From contig MU054323.1 in the NCBI GenBank assembly GCA_013239625.1, positions 14,884,029 to 14,948,028 of the forward strand: a stretch of 64,000 bases of DNA, in the 5' to 3' direction. Shown here one piece after another: positions 39,665 to 52,240 of this stretch (position 1 is its first letter; every line of letters starts with the position of its first letter). This DNA comes from Lama guanicoe. Lineage: Eukaryota. The notes under the pieces are model-generated. The model saw nothing but the letters and a program-made list of their open reading frames with translations, had not been told where the DNA came from and searched no databases. A program made the translations under genes and the position numbers.

Positions 39665-39778
39665 CTCAAATGCATCTTTCTTTAGACAGCTAATAATTGA
39701 TCCCACAAGGTCAATTTCTAGCTTCAGGTCAGTAAACAGAGTTTATCTATGACTTGGCACTAAAAGATTATGCCTTTC
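39665..39778 (-). pseudogene. Pseudo-exon, 114 nt, phase 0->0
   Basis: cttttctgtgtatctggctgcag| ... GAG|gtaagc; ERHNLLVPSHR*TLFTDLKLEIDLVGSIISCLKKDAFE. Confidence 0.7.
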
Positions 39779-40202
39779 CTGCAGCCAGATACACAGAAAA
39801 GATAAAACAAATGCACAGCTAAAAGCAGCATGTCATAAAATATTTATCAAATTCCTGGCAAGAAATATGGTCAAGACATAAAAGTATAGCAAAAGACAAA
39901 TATTTTCCATCACCATGTTTCTATCCCATAATTCAAGTGTACCATTTTGAAGGTCAATATTTTTTTAATAACTATAACAAAATAAAAAACAATCCTCAGC
40001 TTATCATTCAACAGTTTCTGACTCATTTATATTTTCTATTTCCGCCTATCCTTAATATAGACTTTTCTCAGGAGGTTAACTTAAATGTGTTTTACAAATT
40101 AAAATCCTTGTCCACACCATTTTCTCTTCCTGGAATATCTCTTTTCTGTCTGCCTTCTAAAACTGACTCTATCTGAAGGCCAAGATTTTTTCTTAAAAAG
40201 TT

Positions 40203-40425
40203 CATAATAATAGTAATCATATTGTATACAAGCACTATGATTTAGATAGTTTAACAAGTTCAATCATCACATCAACTTATCAGTTATACATTTTATTACA
40301 ATTTTAAAATAAAGATGTTAAGACTTAGAGAAGTTTTATTTCCATGAAAACCCCATTGCCAATAACTGACAAAATAGGGATTCTAATGAAAATTACTGAT
40401 TCCAGACTTTAATTTCTTACTTCTA
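40203..40425 (-). mobile_element. Diverged MIR
   Basis: aataatagtaatcatattgta...aagcactatg...agacttagagaagtt...ggattctaatg...ctgattccagac. Confidence 0.5.
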
Positions 40426-40539
40426 TTTACTGCTTTACATACTATATAATTTCCATTCTCACTTTTCCCACTGGAAAGTCTTCTAAATGCATTAGTGTGT
40501 TTATTAGAGAGTATTTATAATGATCACAAAGTTACCATC

Positions 40540-41520
40540 AAATTAGGTTAAATTGTGTCCAAGCAAAATAAATGTGACAGACATTTCATGAATATAAAAA
40601 TACACGCCACAGTGAAAATTAATCTTTCCGTAGCAAATATAGATAGCATCAAAGTAAAGAAAACTAAGACTACAGGAAATACGGAAAGAAAACTCTTAAA
40701 GTATAAATTTTTTAATTTGTCTTCCAGCTCTATCACAAGACATGTGAAGGAAAAAAAAGTAACGATAGAGAAGACCTAAAAATTATAATTAACATCACTG
40801 GTTTATAATAAGAATTAATCTTCTGAAAATAGAGAATATACCTACTTACCATGAGCTGAAGGATATAAATTGACCATTGAGGTAGAAAGAGAATCTCAAT
40901 ACATTTTATAAAGTAAATGATAAAATTATAATATTAGAAAAAATTTTAATTTAGCACATTACCTGGTTAAAAGACACAAAAATATATGATCAGCACAGTA
41001 GATGCAGTAAAATCATTTCAAAACACTCAACACTCTTTTACGTAAAAAAAATATTCTTAGTGGGAAATATTAACATAAACACAGCAAATGGCTCTAAATA
41101 TTAGAACTATTTCCTTTCAAATCAGGAATAAAAGAGAAGTGTACATTATCATATTTTATTGGAGATCCAAGACAACATAACAGGATAAGAATAAACTCAA
41201 TTTTCAAGGTAGAAAAGAATCTACAAATTATTGAAATAATAATAGGAGAGCTTAGCAAAATAATTGGATATGAAATTATTATATATACAAAGTCACTTAC
41301 ATTTGACAGTCAACAAACTACTAGAAAAATAATTACATACCTCATTTAAAATATCATGAGGGAATATTAAGTACTGTAGAATAAATCTAACAAAAGAATG
41401 CAAAATTTCCAAGAGAACGCTATAAATTTTTTTAGGTATTAAATAATACCTAAATAAATGAAAAACAAGTTTTTTAATTGTTAGCTATTCTACATGTCTA
41501 TGGAAGACTTCAGGATTAAT
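40540..41520 (+). mobile_element. Old L1 ORF2 fragments
   Basis: atatgatcagcacagtagatgcagtaaaatcattt, tttcctttcaaatcaggaataaaa, gaataaatctaacaaaagaatgcaaaa. Confidence 0.7.
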
Positions 41521-43185
41521 ATCAGGCAGAACTACTAAATAACAGTGAAATGGTACTTGTTCAATTGTATATATGGACTTATTACCCATAATTAAGAAAA
41601 TAACTTGATACTAGGATCAACTGATAAATGAAGGAGAAATAACCTGAGTCATCGTGCATGGTTTAGAACAGTCATCAAATTAACATAGGTACCAAAATTA
41701 ATTCAATCTAAATTATCCAGTTAACTATCTTTATTTTCCCTTTTCTTGCACTTCATAATACTTGCATGGAGAGCAAAGTGATAGAAATAAGGCAATTATT
41801 GGGTTTAATGTTTCTTCAAAATATTCACTACGTTTGAAAAATTTTTTAACATATGTATAAACTCATAACAGGTGACAAACACAGAAATATTTAAAAGAAA
41901 AAATATATAACCTTCCTCTATTTGCCCTCTCAATTTCCAACTTCTTTCTCATGTATGAATGTATGTAAGTAGGTTTATACATATACATAGTATTATATAT
42001 TCTATAGATTATTTTGCTACTAATTTTTCTTATTTAATTCAACACAGAAATTCTTCCAGTCAGACATACAGATCTAATTTTTGTCTAATTGTTGCATAAT
42101 ATCTCAAGATAGAGATTCCGCAAATACTCCAAAAATTCCATATTCAAAGACATTCAGAATTTAATTTTTCAAGATTTGATCCCATAAACAGGACTGAAAC
42201 ATTCTTACACACCGATTCCTATTCACCTTTTTTTCACTACTAAAGGAAATGCTCCTTGAAAGCAGCATTTCTGAATTTTAAAAATCTTTGTTTGTTTTAT
42301 TTTAATAAATGTTGCTAGATTATTTTCTTATATATTACAGGTAATTTATAATCCCCATTGGCAATACATAATACATTTTCATTCTTCTTGTCATCACTGG
42401 AACTTATCATACTTTATTTTGCCAATTTGACAGTGAAAAATAGTTATTTTATTTTGCTTTCATTTATATTTCCCCAAATATGAGTAAGACTGAGAATCCT
42501 CAAGTTTATTAAACATTTTAATTTCCTTTTCTAACTGTTGGTTCATATCATTTCTTTAGTGTCCTACTGGGTATTTTGCCTTTTTCTTATTAATTTGTAG
42601 GAAGTTTTTATTATTGTAAATAAATGATTGCATATTGTTTGGATGGCAGCCTAGCATTAATTATTTTTTGCTTCGGAGTAAGTTTCCTTTCACCCCTATG
42701 TATATAGTCTAATGTCAGTCTTATTTAGGAAGATCCCTTCCAAATTTTCACAAATATGATCCTAATTTTCTTTTAAATTATTTTTTAATTTTTCTTTTTT
42801 ATTTTTGACTCTCTAGAATTTATTTGACACATGATATGTATCTGTATCTGAGGTTCTTTTTCCAACCGTATCTAGGACCAATTATGAAAGTACCATAGAT
42901 TAAAGAAGTTACCTTTTCCCCCACTTAATTGCAATGCCATATTTTCACCTATTTTATTACAGAGTATATTTAAATCTCCTTCTGGACCTCAGCTCTATAA
43001 TCTGATTCACTGATCTATGTGTCTTTTGCCACACTATTTACCTGTATCTCTAAATTTTAGACTTTATACTATTCTTACAATCTGGTAAGGCAAGATCTCC
43101 ATTACTTTTTTAATAATTTTTATAGTTTTGCCTTTCTCTATCACTACAAAAGTTGAAGTACACTTGTGACCCATTATCCCTAGAC

Positions 43186-44754
43186 TCAAATTTTCTGAAA
43201 CGTGATCTGTTGACCCTGAGCAGTCCTCAAGACCATTTCAGGGGTCCAGAAAGTAAAAATAATTTTCATAATAATAATAAGATGCTATTTAACAATTTTA
43301 CTGTAATGATATTTGCACTAATAAAGCAAAAGCATCAATGGGTAACACTTCTGACATTTTATCATGAATCAAAGCAGTGGCTCAAAATTGTACTGGTATC
43401 TATTGCATTTTTCACCAGCAATACAGGAAAAGACAAAAAAGATTCTAGTCTCACAAATGTTCTTGGTGAAACATAAAAGTATTATTTTATTAACTCTCAA
43501 TCCTTCATTTTATATTTTTAATAGCCTGTGTGACAAAATAGGACATACATACAGAGCACTTCTGTTTCATACCAAAAGTGCAGGGGTTGTCTCAATGAAC
43601 AACATTTGTGCAATTTTTTTTTTTAATTTACAGGCTGAATTTCTGCTTTTTCATTAAACATAGTTTTACAAGAATGAATAACTGGCAAACTGATTATTCA
43701 GACAAGGTTATTTCGCAGACATTTTCTCAGAAATGAATGAAGTAAGCGTATCATTTTTAAGAAAACTTCAGTATTTGTTGCCAATGATGAATTTTTTTTT
43801 TTAGGGGGGAGGTAATTAGGTTTATTTATTTAGTTTTAGAGGAGGTACTGGGGAAAGAACCCAGGACCTCATGTAAGCTAAGCACGTGCTCTACCACTTG
43901 AGCTATACATACCCTCCCCTCTGCCAATGATGAAATTTAAGCTTTCAAACAAAAATGAGAATTTTGGAAAATTTGTAGCCTCCACAATAAGGTAGAGAGC
44001 CTTTGACAAGTTAAAGGGTTTTTTGATTAAATGACTGGTGACATTAGCTAATGTTAGGTTTATATTATATAAAGAAAAGCATCAACATTTGGAAGATATG
44101 CCTAACTCAGGAAACCAATATTTTTCAATTTGACCAATGCATTGTATCGCATAGTTTTCATGAATAAAATATTCATTCAACATCTAAGACAGGCCAATTT
44201 TACTAAATATGAAAAGTTTAATTTAACTGAATATGAAAAGTTTTTTTATAGGTTTAAGATTCCACATTGAAACTAACCTTTAAGAAACTGCCATCTGTCA
44301 AGTTTTAGTGTAGTATCAAAAAATATTTGCAATTATGTGAAAAAACTATTAAAATGTGCTTCCTTTTTTCAACTACATATCTGTATGAAGCCAACTTTTC
44401 TTTTTATATTTTAATCTAAACACCATATTGCAACCGATTGAATAGAAAATCACATATGATAATCAAGTTCTCGTCTATTAAATTAGACAGTAAAGAGATT
44501 TTTTTAAGTAAAACAATGACATCATTCCTGTGACTTGTCTGATTTGGCAATTTTAATTTTTCATAAAAATGTTTTATGTTAATGTGCAATGTATTTATTA
44601 TTGTTATCTTGAAATAAAATAATTTAAAAATTTTTCACTTTTAATTTCTCAAACAGTAAACACTGATAGATATAATCCATGAAAACAAAAGCCCTTTGGG
44701 AGAATCTCATTCATTTTTAAGACTGGCACAAGTTCCTAAGACCCAAAAATGCTG
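43186..44754 (+). mobile_element. Charlie1a-like hAT DNA transposon, near full length
   Basis: 5' end agaccatttcaggggtcc...aattttcataataataataagatg; 3' end gatagatataatccatgaaaacaaaagccctttggg...cctaagacccaaaaatgctg; flanked by ccctagac/atctagac, a Charlie-type 8-bp TSD. Confidence 0.85.
43792..43919 (-). mobile_element. Camelid tRNA-derived SINE (Vic-1 type)
   Basis: Reverse complement reads GGGGAGGGTATGTATAGCTCAAGTGGTAGAGCACGTGCTTAGCTTACATGAGGTCCTGGGTTCTTTCCCCAGTACCTCCTCTAAAACTAAATAAATAAACCTAATTACCTCCCCCC plus A-tail; TSD tgccaatgatgaa at 43779-43791 and 43922-43934. Confidence 0.9.
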
Positions 44755-46584
44755 ATCTAGACACATCAGTATATCAATGAGCACTATTTGGGAGACTTAG
44801 CTTTAAAGGTTATGTAAATTCATACGTAAAATTTGCACTTGCTAGATTTTGAAATTACCATTCTATTTCCTTCTGTACATTTTAGCCTTTATATTTTCAA
44901 GTTTTTCATAAGTTTATAGGGTAAGTTTTTTACTTACCTTACATCAATTTTGATAGTTTTTCTTTTGTTAATACAGCAGTTCTAAATTTTCAAATTTATA
45001 GCCATAGAGTAATAATCAATGACTTTTGGTATTTTTATTTAATCTGTTTTATACCTTTAGTCATATACTCCTCTCATTCTGAATACTGACGATCTCTTTT
45101 TTTCTTTCTTTTAGTAGGCTTGCAGAAATTTAAGTATTTTATTGCTACTTTATTTAGAGTCTTTTTATTCTTTCCATTCATTCATTTACTTCAATTTGTA
45201 ACTATTATCTTCATAAATTATCTTCTAATCCTTCTAATTATTTTTATTTTGTTGCTTATTTCATACTTCGAAAATTAACAGTTAATTTTATTTTTTTCCT
45301 TCTACTTTACTCATAAGAACATTTAAAGCTATTTATTTTTCTGGGTGTACCTGTGTATGGTTTAAGTAGATCCCATTTTTCAAGTATAAAATATTTGCAT
45401 TTTTAATTCAGTAGTTTATTTGGTTTGGCTTGTTTGGTTTTAGAAGGATTCTTAGTTTCATACTGATTGGGATTTTTCCCATTCCTTATTAACTATTTTT
45501 GATATAAAAACTACGGAGAATAACATAACAAACTTTGATACCCAAAACCCAGCAACAAAAATCAATCTGTGTATGATTGATGTTTTTTCTCTACCTAACC
45601 CTAATCCCTACATCACCCTCCCCACTCACCAAAGGGTCTCAGTTATCCAGACTTATATAATTTTCATTCCTTTACATGTCTTTATAACAATACTTTGACA
45701 AACATTATCTTGTTTTGCTTGAAAATTTTTGAAACTTTATGTAAATCATATTTTTGCATTCTTCTATTTTTTTATTGAAACACTGCATTTGAAAAATACA
45801 TGTAGCTATATTTTAATTTCCTCTGTACATTAATTGAACATAGCATAGTTATTTTATACATTAAACAGAAATTGTTTCCTTTTCATCACTAATGTGAAGG
45901 AATACTATTTCAAACAATTATATATTGTGCTTTCTTCTTTCATTTGTCCTCAAGATTATGTGTGACCATTAGTGATTACTAGAAAGGATTAGGATCTTTT
46001 TATAGACTCACTGATCATTCTTGTTTCATTATCAGTTAACTTCCTGGATATATACATATATGTATTTTTTTTTACTGGATTGTTGGTTTAATTTATAAAT
46101 AAATGAGAGATAGAGAATGAATCATGTTTACAAATCCAAATTTTACAAATTCTCAATGTTTGCAAATATCTTCTGTTCCACAATGTGAACTTTCATTTTT
46201 AAAATAATGACATTGATGAAAGAATTAACTTCTCTTTTACTGTTTGGGAATTTCATGTCTTTTTAAAGAAATCATTCTGCTCTTCGAATTCTAAAGATAT
46301 TCTCTTATTTTATCACCTAAAAACTTGGTTTTTTTCCTTTCCACTCAAATGTTAATTGATTGCTACATATGGTATGAGATAGGCATCCATTTTCATTCTT
46401 TTCCATATGGAGAGCCAATTGTCCTATTATCATTTACTAAATATGCTTCGTCACTGATCTAGAATGCCACTTCAGTTATATTTTATTTGTAGTTTATTTC
46501 TGAGGTTTGTATTGATTTCCTTCTAGCTCACTAACGCTGCATCAACAATGGAATACCTTAATATTTTATTGAAGAGGTACTATT

Positions 46585-46830
46585 ATCTATGTTAAGTACA
46601 GAGGTTCTGGAGAAAGTTGGCTGATTTGAATCCTATAACCCCATACAATGGCTAGATAACAAAGGACAGTCATTTAACATCACTGTATCTCCTGCTCTTA
46701 TATGTAAATTTATAATAATAATAAAAGAGCCTACCTCATACAATAGTTGAGGGAATTATATGAACAAATGTGTATAAAACATTTGAATACTACCTAGAAC
46801 ATAGTAACAATACAGAAATCTTTAACCATT
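46585..46830 (+). mobile_element. MIR
   Basis: gttaagtacagaggttctggag...tttgaatcct...cctacctcata...acatagtaa. Confidence 0.7.
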
Positions 46831-46923
46831 TTCATCTCTGGTAAAACTACATGTATTTAGAATTTTTAAATTGGGTTTCAATAACATGTATACTTTTCTC
46901 CATAAAGAGCTCACATTTATTTT

Positions 46924-47112
46924 TTTTTTCTTGAGTAAATGTAGATTTATTCAGAGAAATACATACTCCATAGACTGAGAGCAGGCTGTAGCAGAAGGCA
47001 AGAGAAAAGGCCACTAAGTGTGGGGTTTGGGTGCTTAGTTTAAAGTAAAAGAGTTATACGTTCCATTGACACAGTGCAGGCCATCTCACTCAGAAGGGAG
47101 AGAGGCCAAGAT
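46924..47112 (-). mobile_element. Short polyadenylated retroposed insert (LTR-like) with TSD
   Basis: Poly-T run at 46920-46929, AATAAA on the minus strand at 46946-46951, TSD ctcacatttatttt at 46910-46923 and 47113-47126. Confidence 0.65.
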
Positions 47113-47204
47113 CTCACATTTATTTTGTTAAATTTATTCCCTGATAACTTCATTGCTATTACAAATGCTGCATTTCTATCTTTATTTATTTTTGTCCATG
47201 TTAT

Positions 47205-47405
47205 TCTTTTTTCTTCCAGTTTTACTGAGATATAACTGACATACAGCACTGTATAAATTTAAAGTATACAGGATAATGGTTTAACTTACATACATCATGA
47301 AATGATTATCACAGTAAGTTCAGTAAACACCCAATATCCCACATAGATACAAAATTAAGGAAATAGAAAAAAATGTTTTCCCTTGTGATGAGAACTACGG
47401 ACTTA
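47205..47405 (-). mobile_element. L1 3' end (laurasiatherian type)
   Basis: ttttactgagatataactgacatacagcactgtataaatttaaagtataca...cttgtgatgagaact. Confidence 0.8.
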
Positions 47406-50094
47406 GAAGGGAAAATGCTGTCTTTTTAAATATTAAATTCTCCAAATTTATGTTGCTAGTGTATAAGAATTATTCTTGCTGCGCTGAAAAATTTTATTAA
47501 TCTACTGGGAGATTATTTTAAGTTATAGAAAATTCTCTTGCAGTCTGGAATACTGACAGTTTTGTTTCTTTTCACTCTTAATATTTGTTGTTTTTCTCAT
47601 AATACTGCACTTACTAGAGTTTCCAGTACTATGTTGAACAGAACTGGTTATAGCAGGTATTCTGGTATGATTTCTAATGTCTCCTCTTTTTTATGTTTCA
47701 TTTGGAGATTTCTACATTCTCATTAGGATTTAGTTTTTATTTAATTCCTAGTTTGATTAATATTTAAATTTTTTGGCCTCTTGATGTAATCATATTGTCT
47801 TTCTGTATGATCTATTATAGTGGTAGACTACCTAAACAGATTTTCTAATGGTAAAATATCCTTGCATTCCTAGGATCAAACCAACTTGGGCCCAAAATTC
47901 ACCTTGGTGATATTTTATTTAGGACTGTTACACTTATGTCCATGAATGAAATTGGCCTGTGATTATCATATACATTATAACCTTTTAAAGGATTTTGTAT
48001 GAAAGTCACAATGAGTCCTTTAAAAGAGATTTTTCCTGTTTCTGTATTCTCTGGAAGAGTTTATTTAAGCGTGTAATCATCTGATCCTTTAATGTCTGAA
48101 GCTTGTGTTTCTATGTGAAGACAACTTCAGATTCTACTATTATAATAGTTATAACTCACTTTAGGTCTTATAATGCCTCCCAATTTCATTTTTGGTAGTA
48201 GTTTCATTTTATCTTTCTAGGAAGTGATTCATTATTTCTAAGATTTCAAATTCCTGGACATCAAATTGTTTATAATTTTTAAAGATTATTTCAACTTTCC
48301 ATACTATCTGAGATCATATTCTATTATTCATTCCTAATGTTAATTATGCTGCCTCTCTTTTTATCTTTGATCAATCTTGCCAAAGTTTCTATTCTATTTT
48401 CTCTGTACTATGTACTTCAATAACTTTAAAATTTTTTTCCTATTATTTCCTGCATTGTAGGTTAGTATTTTGTTGTTTTGGATTTTTTCCTGATTTATTT
48501 TTTTATTCCTAATTTCAATCCTTATGACAGATATTTTTGATCATTAATTTTCAACCATTCTACTCTTCTAACATGAGCAGTTAAGCATATAAGTTTCCTT
48601 CTGAATACAACATCCCATAAATCTGGACATGTAGCCTTTGTGTTATTCTCTGGCTCTAAATATTCCCTAATGACAATTATGAAATATGCTTTGATATATG
48701 AATGGCTTAGAAGTTGGGTTCTTTCTCCCCCACCAAAGGTATAGATTTTTATTTTATTATTATAATATAATCCTTTTAATCAGATGTGTTCTCTATGGCG
48801 GAAATGATATGAAATTTTCTGAGAGTTTATGGCCTAATGTGTGGTCAGTGCTTCGTAATTTATGGGAGATTAAGGAAAAAATGTACATAATTTTTACTGG
48901 GAGCAAAACCTTACATTTATCTGCCTAATCTATCAGTTATGGAGAGATGGTTAAACTCTGCCACTATGATGTTCCTTTTATCAGTTTCTTCATATAATTC
49001 TCTCAATATTTTGCTGTGTCTTTTAAGACCAGACAATTAAGGCTAATTATAATTTCGTATTCCTGCTTAGTTATACCTTTTATCATGTAGTACCTATGCT
49101 TAATAATGATTTTGGCCTTAAGCGTAATTGTCTGGAAGTATTACAGTTTTATCTATTGTAGTTGTTATTTGCTTGCATATGTATTTCTATTCTTACAATT
49201 TTATCTTTTTTATTAGTGTATCCCTTTAAACAGTATTTATCTAGTTTTGTTTTCTAGTCATCTTGCCAGTCAAATCAACCCTTCTGCTTCTTCTACCTTA
49301 TTTGATATCTTAGGCCTAATTAGTCAGGATAATCTACATGTACTTAGAGGTTTACCAGTTGCTTCCTTCATCTCACTTTCTTGCATCTCAGTCCTTCCTT
49401 CTGAGTTCATTTCTTTCTCTCCCTAAGTACATATATCAGAATTCCTATTCACAAAGGCCTGAAAGGGAAAGCTTTCAACATTTTGTCTTTCAATTACATT
49501 TTTGATATCGTTTTTTGCATAATTACCTTATCAAATTTAGGAAGTTTCTTTCAATTTTGACTTTTATCTGTTTTTTTTTTAATTCATCAAATCATGTTTC
49601 TATATCTATTCAGATGGTCATATGGTTTTTTTCCCCCTCTTCTATTAACGTGGTATATTACATTTATTAAAGGCAATTGATCACTTCTGGGTGTTTTTAA
49701 GATTTTTTTTTTCTCTTTGTCATTGTTTTTCAGAAGTTGTATTACAACATGCTTAGATACTATGTAGACAGATTTTAGGTATCTGAGGTTTGCAGTGAAT
49801 CATAAATTTACAGCGTGAGGTCTTTCATTAAAAAGAATTTTTCAGTCATATTAGTTGCTCAAGTACAAGACCTAACTTCTGACTTTAATTTCCAGTCAGA
49901 TTACAATCTCCCACATAACCAGGTAAGAATTCACTCTAATAAGATTGTTTTTAAAACCCCTTAGTTAAAATCTCACTAACACTTAAAAACTTAGCCTCAC
50001 AAAGCATATTCCTTTATTCCCAACCACAATCTTTGGCTAAAGCATAATGGTTTCTATTGTGAGTGACAAGCTACAGGAGCTTTTCTTGCCTTAC

Positions 50095-50300
50095 TTAGTA
50101 GTGAAACATGAGGAACCGAATGCTCTCCAAAGATAGGTCTAGGATCACTCCCTAATATCTAACTATTTCCCTTACTTTGCCTGCAATGTCCATTCTTATT
50201 TCTATCTTATGATCAAGATGATCTCTGCATCAAGAAGAAATTTGTCATAAGACAAAAAAGAGGCGGAGAGTTGGATGTTCCTTTGTTCTCTCTCTAAATA
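50095..50300 (-). pseudogene. Probable pseudo-exon (5' boundary uncertain)
   Basis: Donor TAA|gtaagg in phase 0; DHKIEIRMDIAGKVREIVRY*GVILDLSLESIRFLMFHY*. Confidence 0.45.
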
Positions 50301-51199
50301 CCTCAGGTATTGCAAAAAAAAAAAAAAAATTCTATGGTGGTTCCCGCCATGCCATTAGAATTTGCTGCAACCACCCTAATTCTTTGAGCTCTCTAGGGCA
50401 GGTGGTGAGCATAAAATTCTCCTCTTGCACTCTCTCTGTCAGTTATGTTTCAATCAACACTAAAACAGTGGCAAGGACTGAGAAGAAAATCACTTAGTAC
50501 TGTAATAATGTTCTCTCCATCAATAACCGTGTTTCCATCATCTTTGCACATTTTGACTTCTTATTGAATAATTTTATAATTATACTTAATGAGCAGAAAA
50601 TACTTTTTATATTTTATTCCCACAACTAGAACAATTATTTTAGTCATTTTTACTTTGCAAAGGATAATTCAGAACATATTTTAATTATTTTCATAATCAA
50701 TTTTTTTGCCTAATCACTTCCCCTGGCCCAAAAGTTCCTAAAAAGTACCTTAAATTTACCAGTATCTGTACCCTTGATGGGTTTTGTTCTTTTATGTTCA
50801 ATTTGTGTAATTTAATAAAACAATGTGCTAACTTTGAACATGTGAACATCTGCTGGCTTGGTGACACTGGGTTAATCAGTTCATCTCCAGGGGCCTTTGT
50901 CCTCTTGCCTTTAGAGGAGGAAATAAAAGATTCTTCACAGAATTGGTTCCAGGGACTGGAAATACTACATTAATAATTTTTTTCACAAATAATTTTATCA
51001 CAAGTAATTGCAAAACAATATTGTTTTAATTTACACATAAATAATGTCTTTCTTTTAATTCTTACATTGAAACATACACAAATACCTAGAGATAGAAAAA
51101 GATAGAAATTTATTTTCCTTTTCCTCATAGTGTAAATGAAAACCAATCTGAAAAATAACTGTAAAAATTTAAGCTTTATTTTAAGATGCTATGTCACTA

Positions 51200-51940
51200 G
51201 CTCTGGTAGTTCAAAAAAGTAGAATTTGGAAGTAAAATAATAGATACAAAAGTAAGCCCCTTATTATTTTTAATGCAAGGCTCTAAAAGTCATGATGATT
51301 ATAAATTTTCCTTCTAAACCTACTCCATTTACCACAGATTCATGGGGCTCTAAATTATAGTTAGAGATCAATTTCATTTTGCTGCTATTTTTTATATGGA
51401 ACTGCTTTTTTTCTCAAGTAGGATTGGAAAGATAGTATTAGAAAATATAGGAAGGCTTTGGTTATAGAGGCTGCATATTCAAATTATGGTTAAAATGAAA
51501 TCTACAATTACTATTCGCATAATATCTGTATCTGAGTACATAGTGTGTTTCTATGGGATGGATCAGTTACAAAATTGAATATAGTATAAAGTGTTGAGAA
51601 GTCAGAGAATAACTGGCTATACCTTCAGACTTCTAAGGCAAGCTTGGAAAAGCAATAAAAAGAAGACAACAGACATAATACAGGAAAAAAATTTAAATGA
51701 GCATATCTTTAATTTGGTTATCTGTTTAAACAAGAGCTTTTAATTAAGGACACTTCTACCTTTCTGATAAAAAGTGGAGTTGGTAATAGGATAATAGATA
51801 CAAAGCTAGCCCCTAATATCTTTAATGGCAGGCTCTAGAAGTCATGAGGATTAGACATTTTTCTTACAAACATATTCCATTTGCCACCGATTCATGGGAT
51901 CAAAATTATAACTAAAGAACATCTTCACTTCTATTCTGAT
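51200..51940 (-). pseudogene. Two diverged ~170-bp copies of a coding-like unit (internal repeat or duplicated exon)
   Basis: Direct repeat at about 51213-51382 and 51768-51932; shared minus-strand frame HESVVNGVGLEGKFIIIMTFRALH versus HESVANGICL*EKCLILMTSRACH. Confidence 0.5.
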
Positions 51941-52116
51941 AGAAGAGAGCTCATTCACTGCCTTTTATCTATATGGTCAAAAACTATGAAATAATATATT
52001 CTTATTCTCTAAGGAAACAAATTCTTACAGTGGCTCAATAATTCAAGAGGCAACAGAATTTGTTTGGCATTCAAATAAAAGATTCTTCATTTTCTTTCAA
52101 GGCCTTTGAATCTTAC

Positions 52117-52240
52117 CCTTAGAAGCAATAGAGTTCTGAGGCCACTGAAGATCAAACACTTCAAAGTTCAGTTTATCAGCTTCATTCACATCCCTTGGTC
52201 TCTAATACTTACTTATCTTTTATCCAACTTTTTTTCTCTT
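52117..52240 (-). pseudogene. Probable pseudo-exon
   Basis: Donor AAG G|gtaaga; RPRDVNEADKLNFEVFDLQWPQNSIASK is open; acceptor uncertain. Confidence 0.5.

Larger units (their letters stand above)
41850..49830 (-). mobile_element. Old L1 (L1ME-like) fragments in reverse orientation, interrupted by Charlie1, MIR and younger inserts
   Basis: ttttgccaatttgacagtgaaaaatag, atggtatgagataggcatccattttc, ccttgcattcctaggatcaaaccaacttgg, tctggaagagttt. Confidence 0.7.

Noticed and set aside
43845..43919. tRNA-like sequence with A and B boxes
   Set aside because: It is the head of a SINE, with an AT-rich tail and a TSD, not a tRNA gene.
21380..49830. L1 orientation bias as a marker of when the gene was active
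   Set aside because: Large old L1 blocks occur in both orientations, so there is no clear signal without subfamily-level dating.
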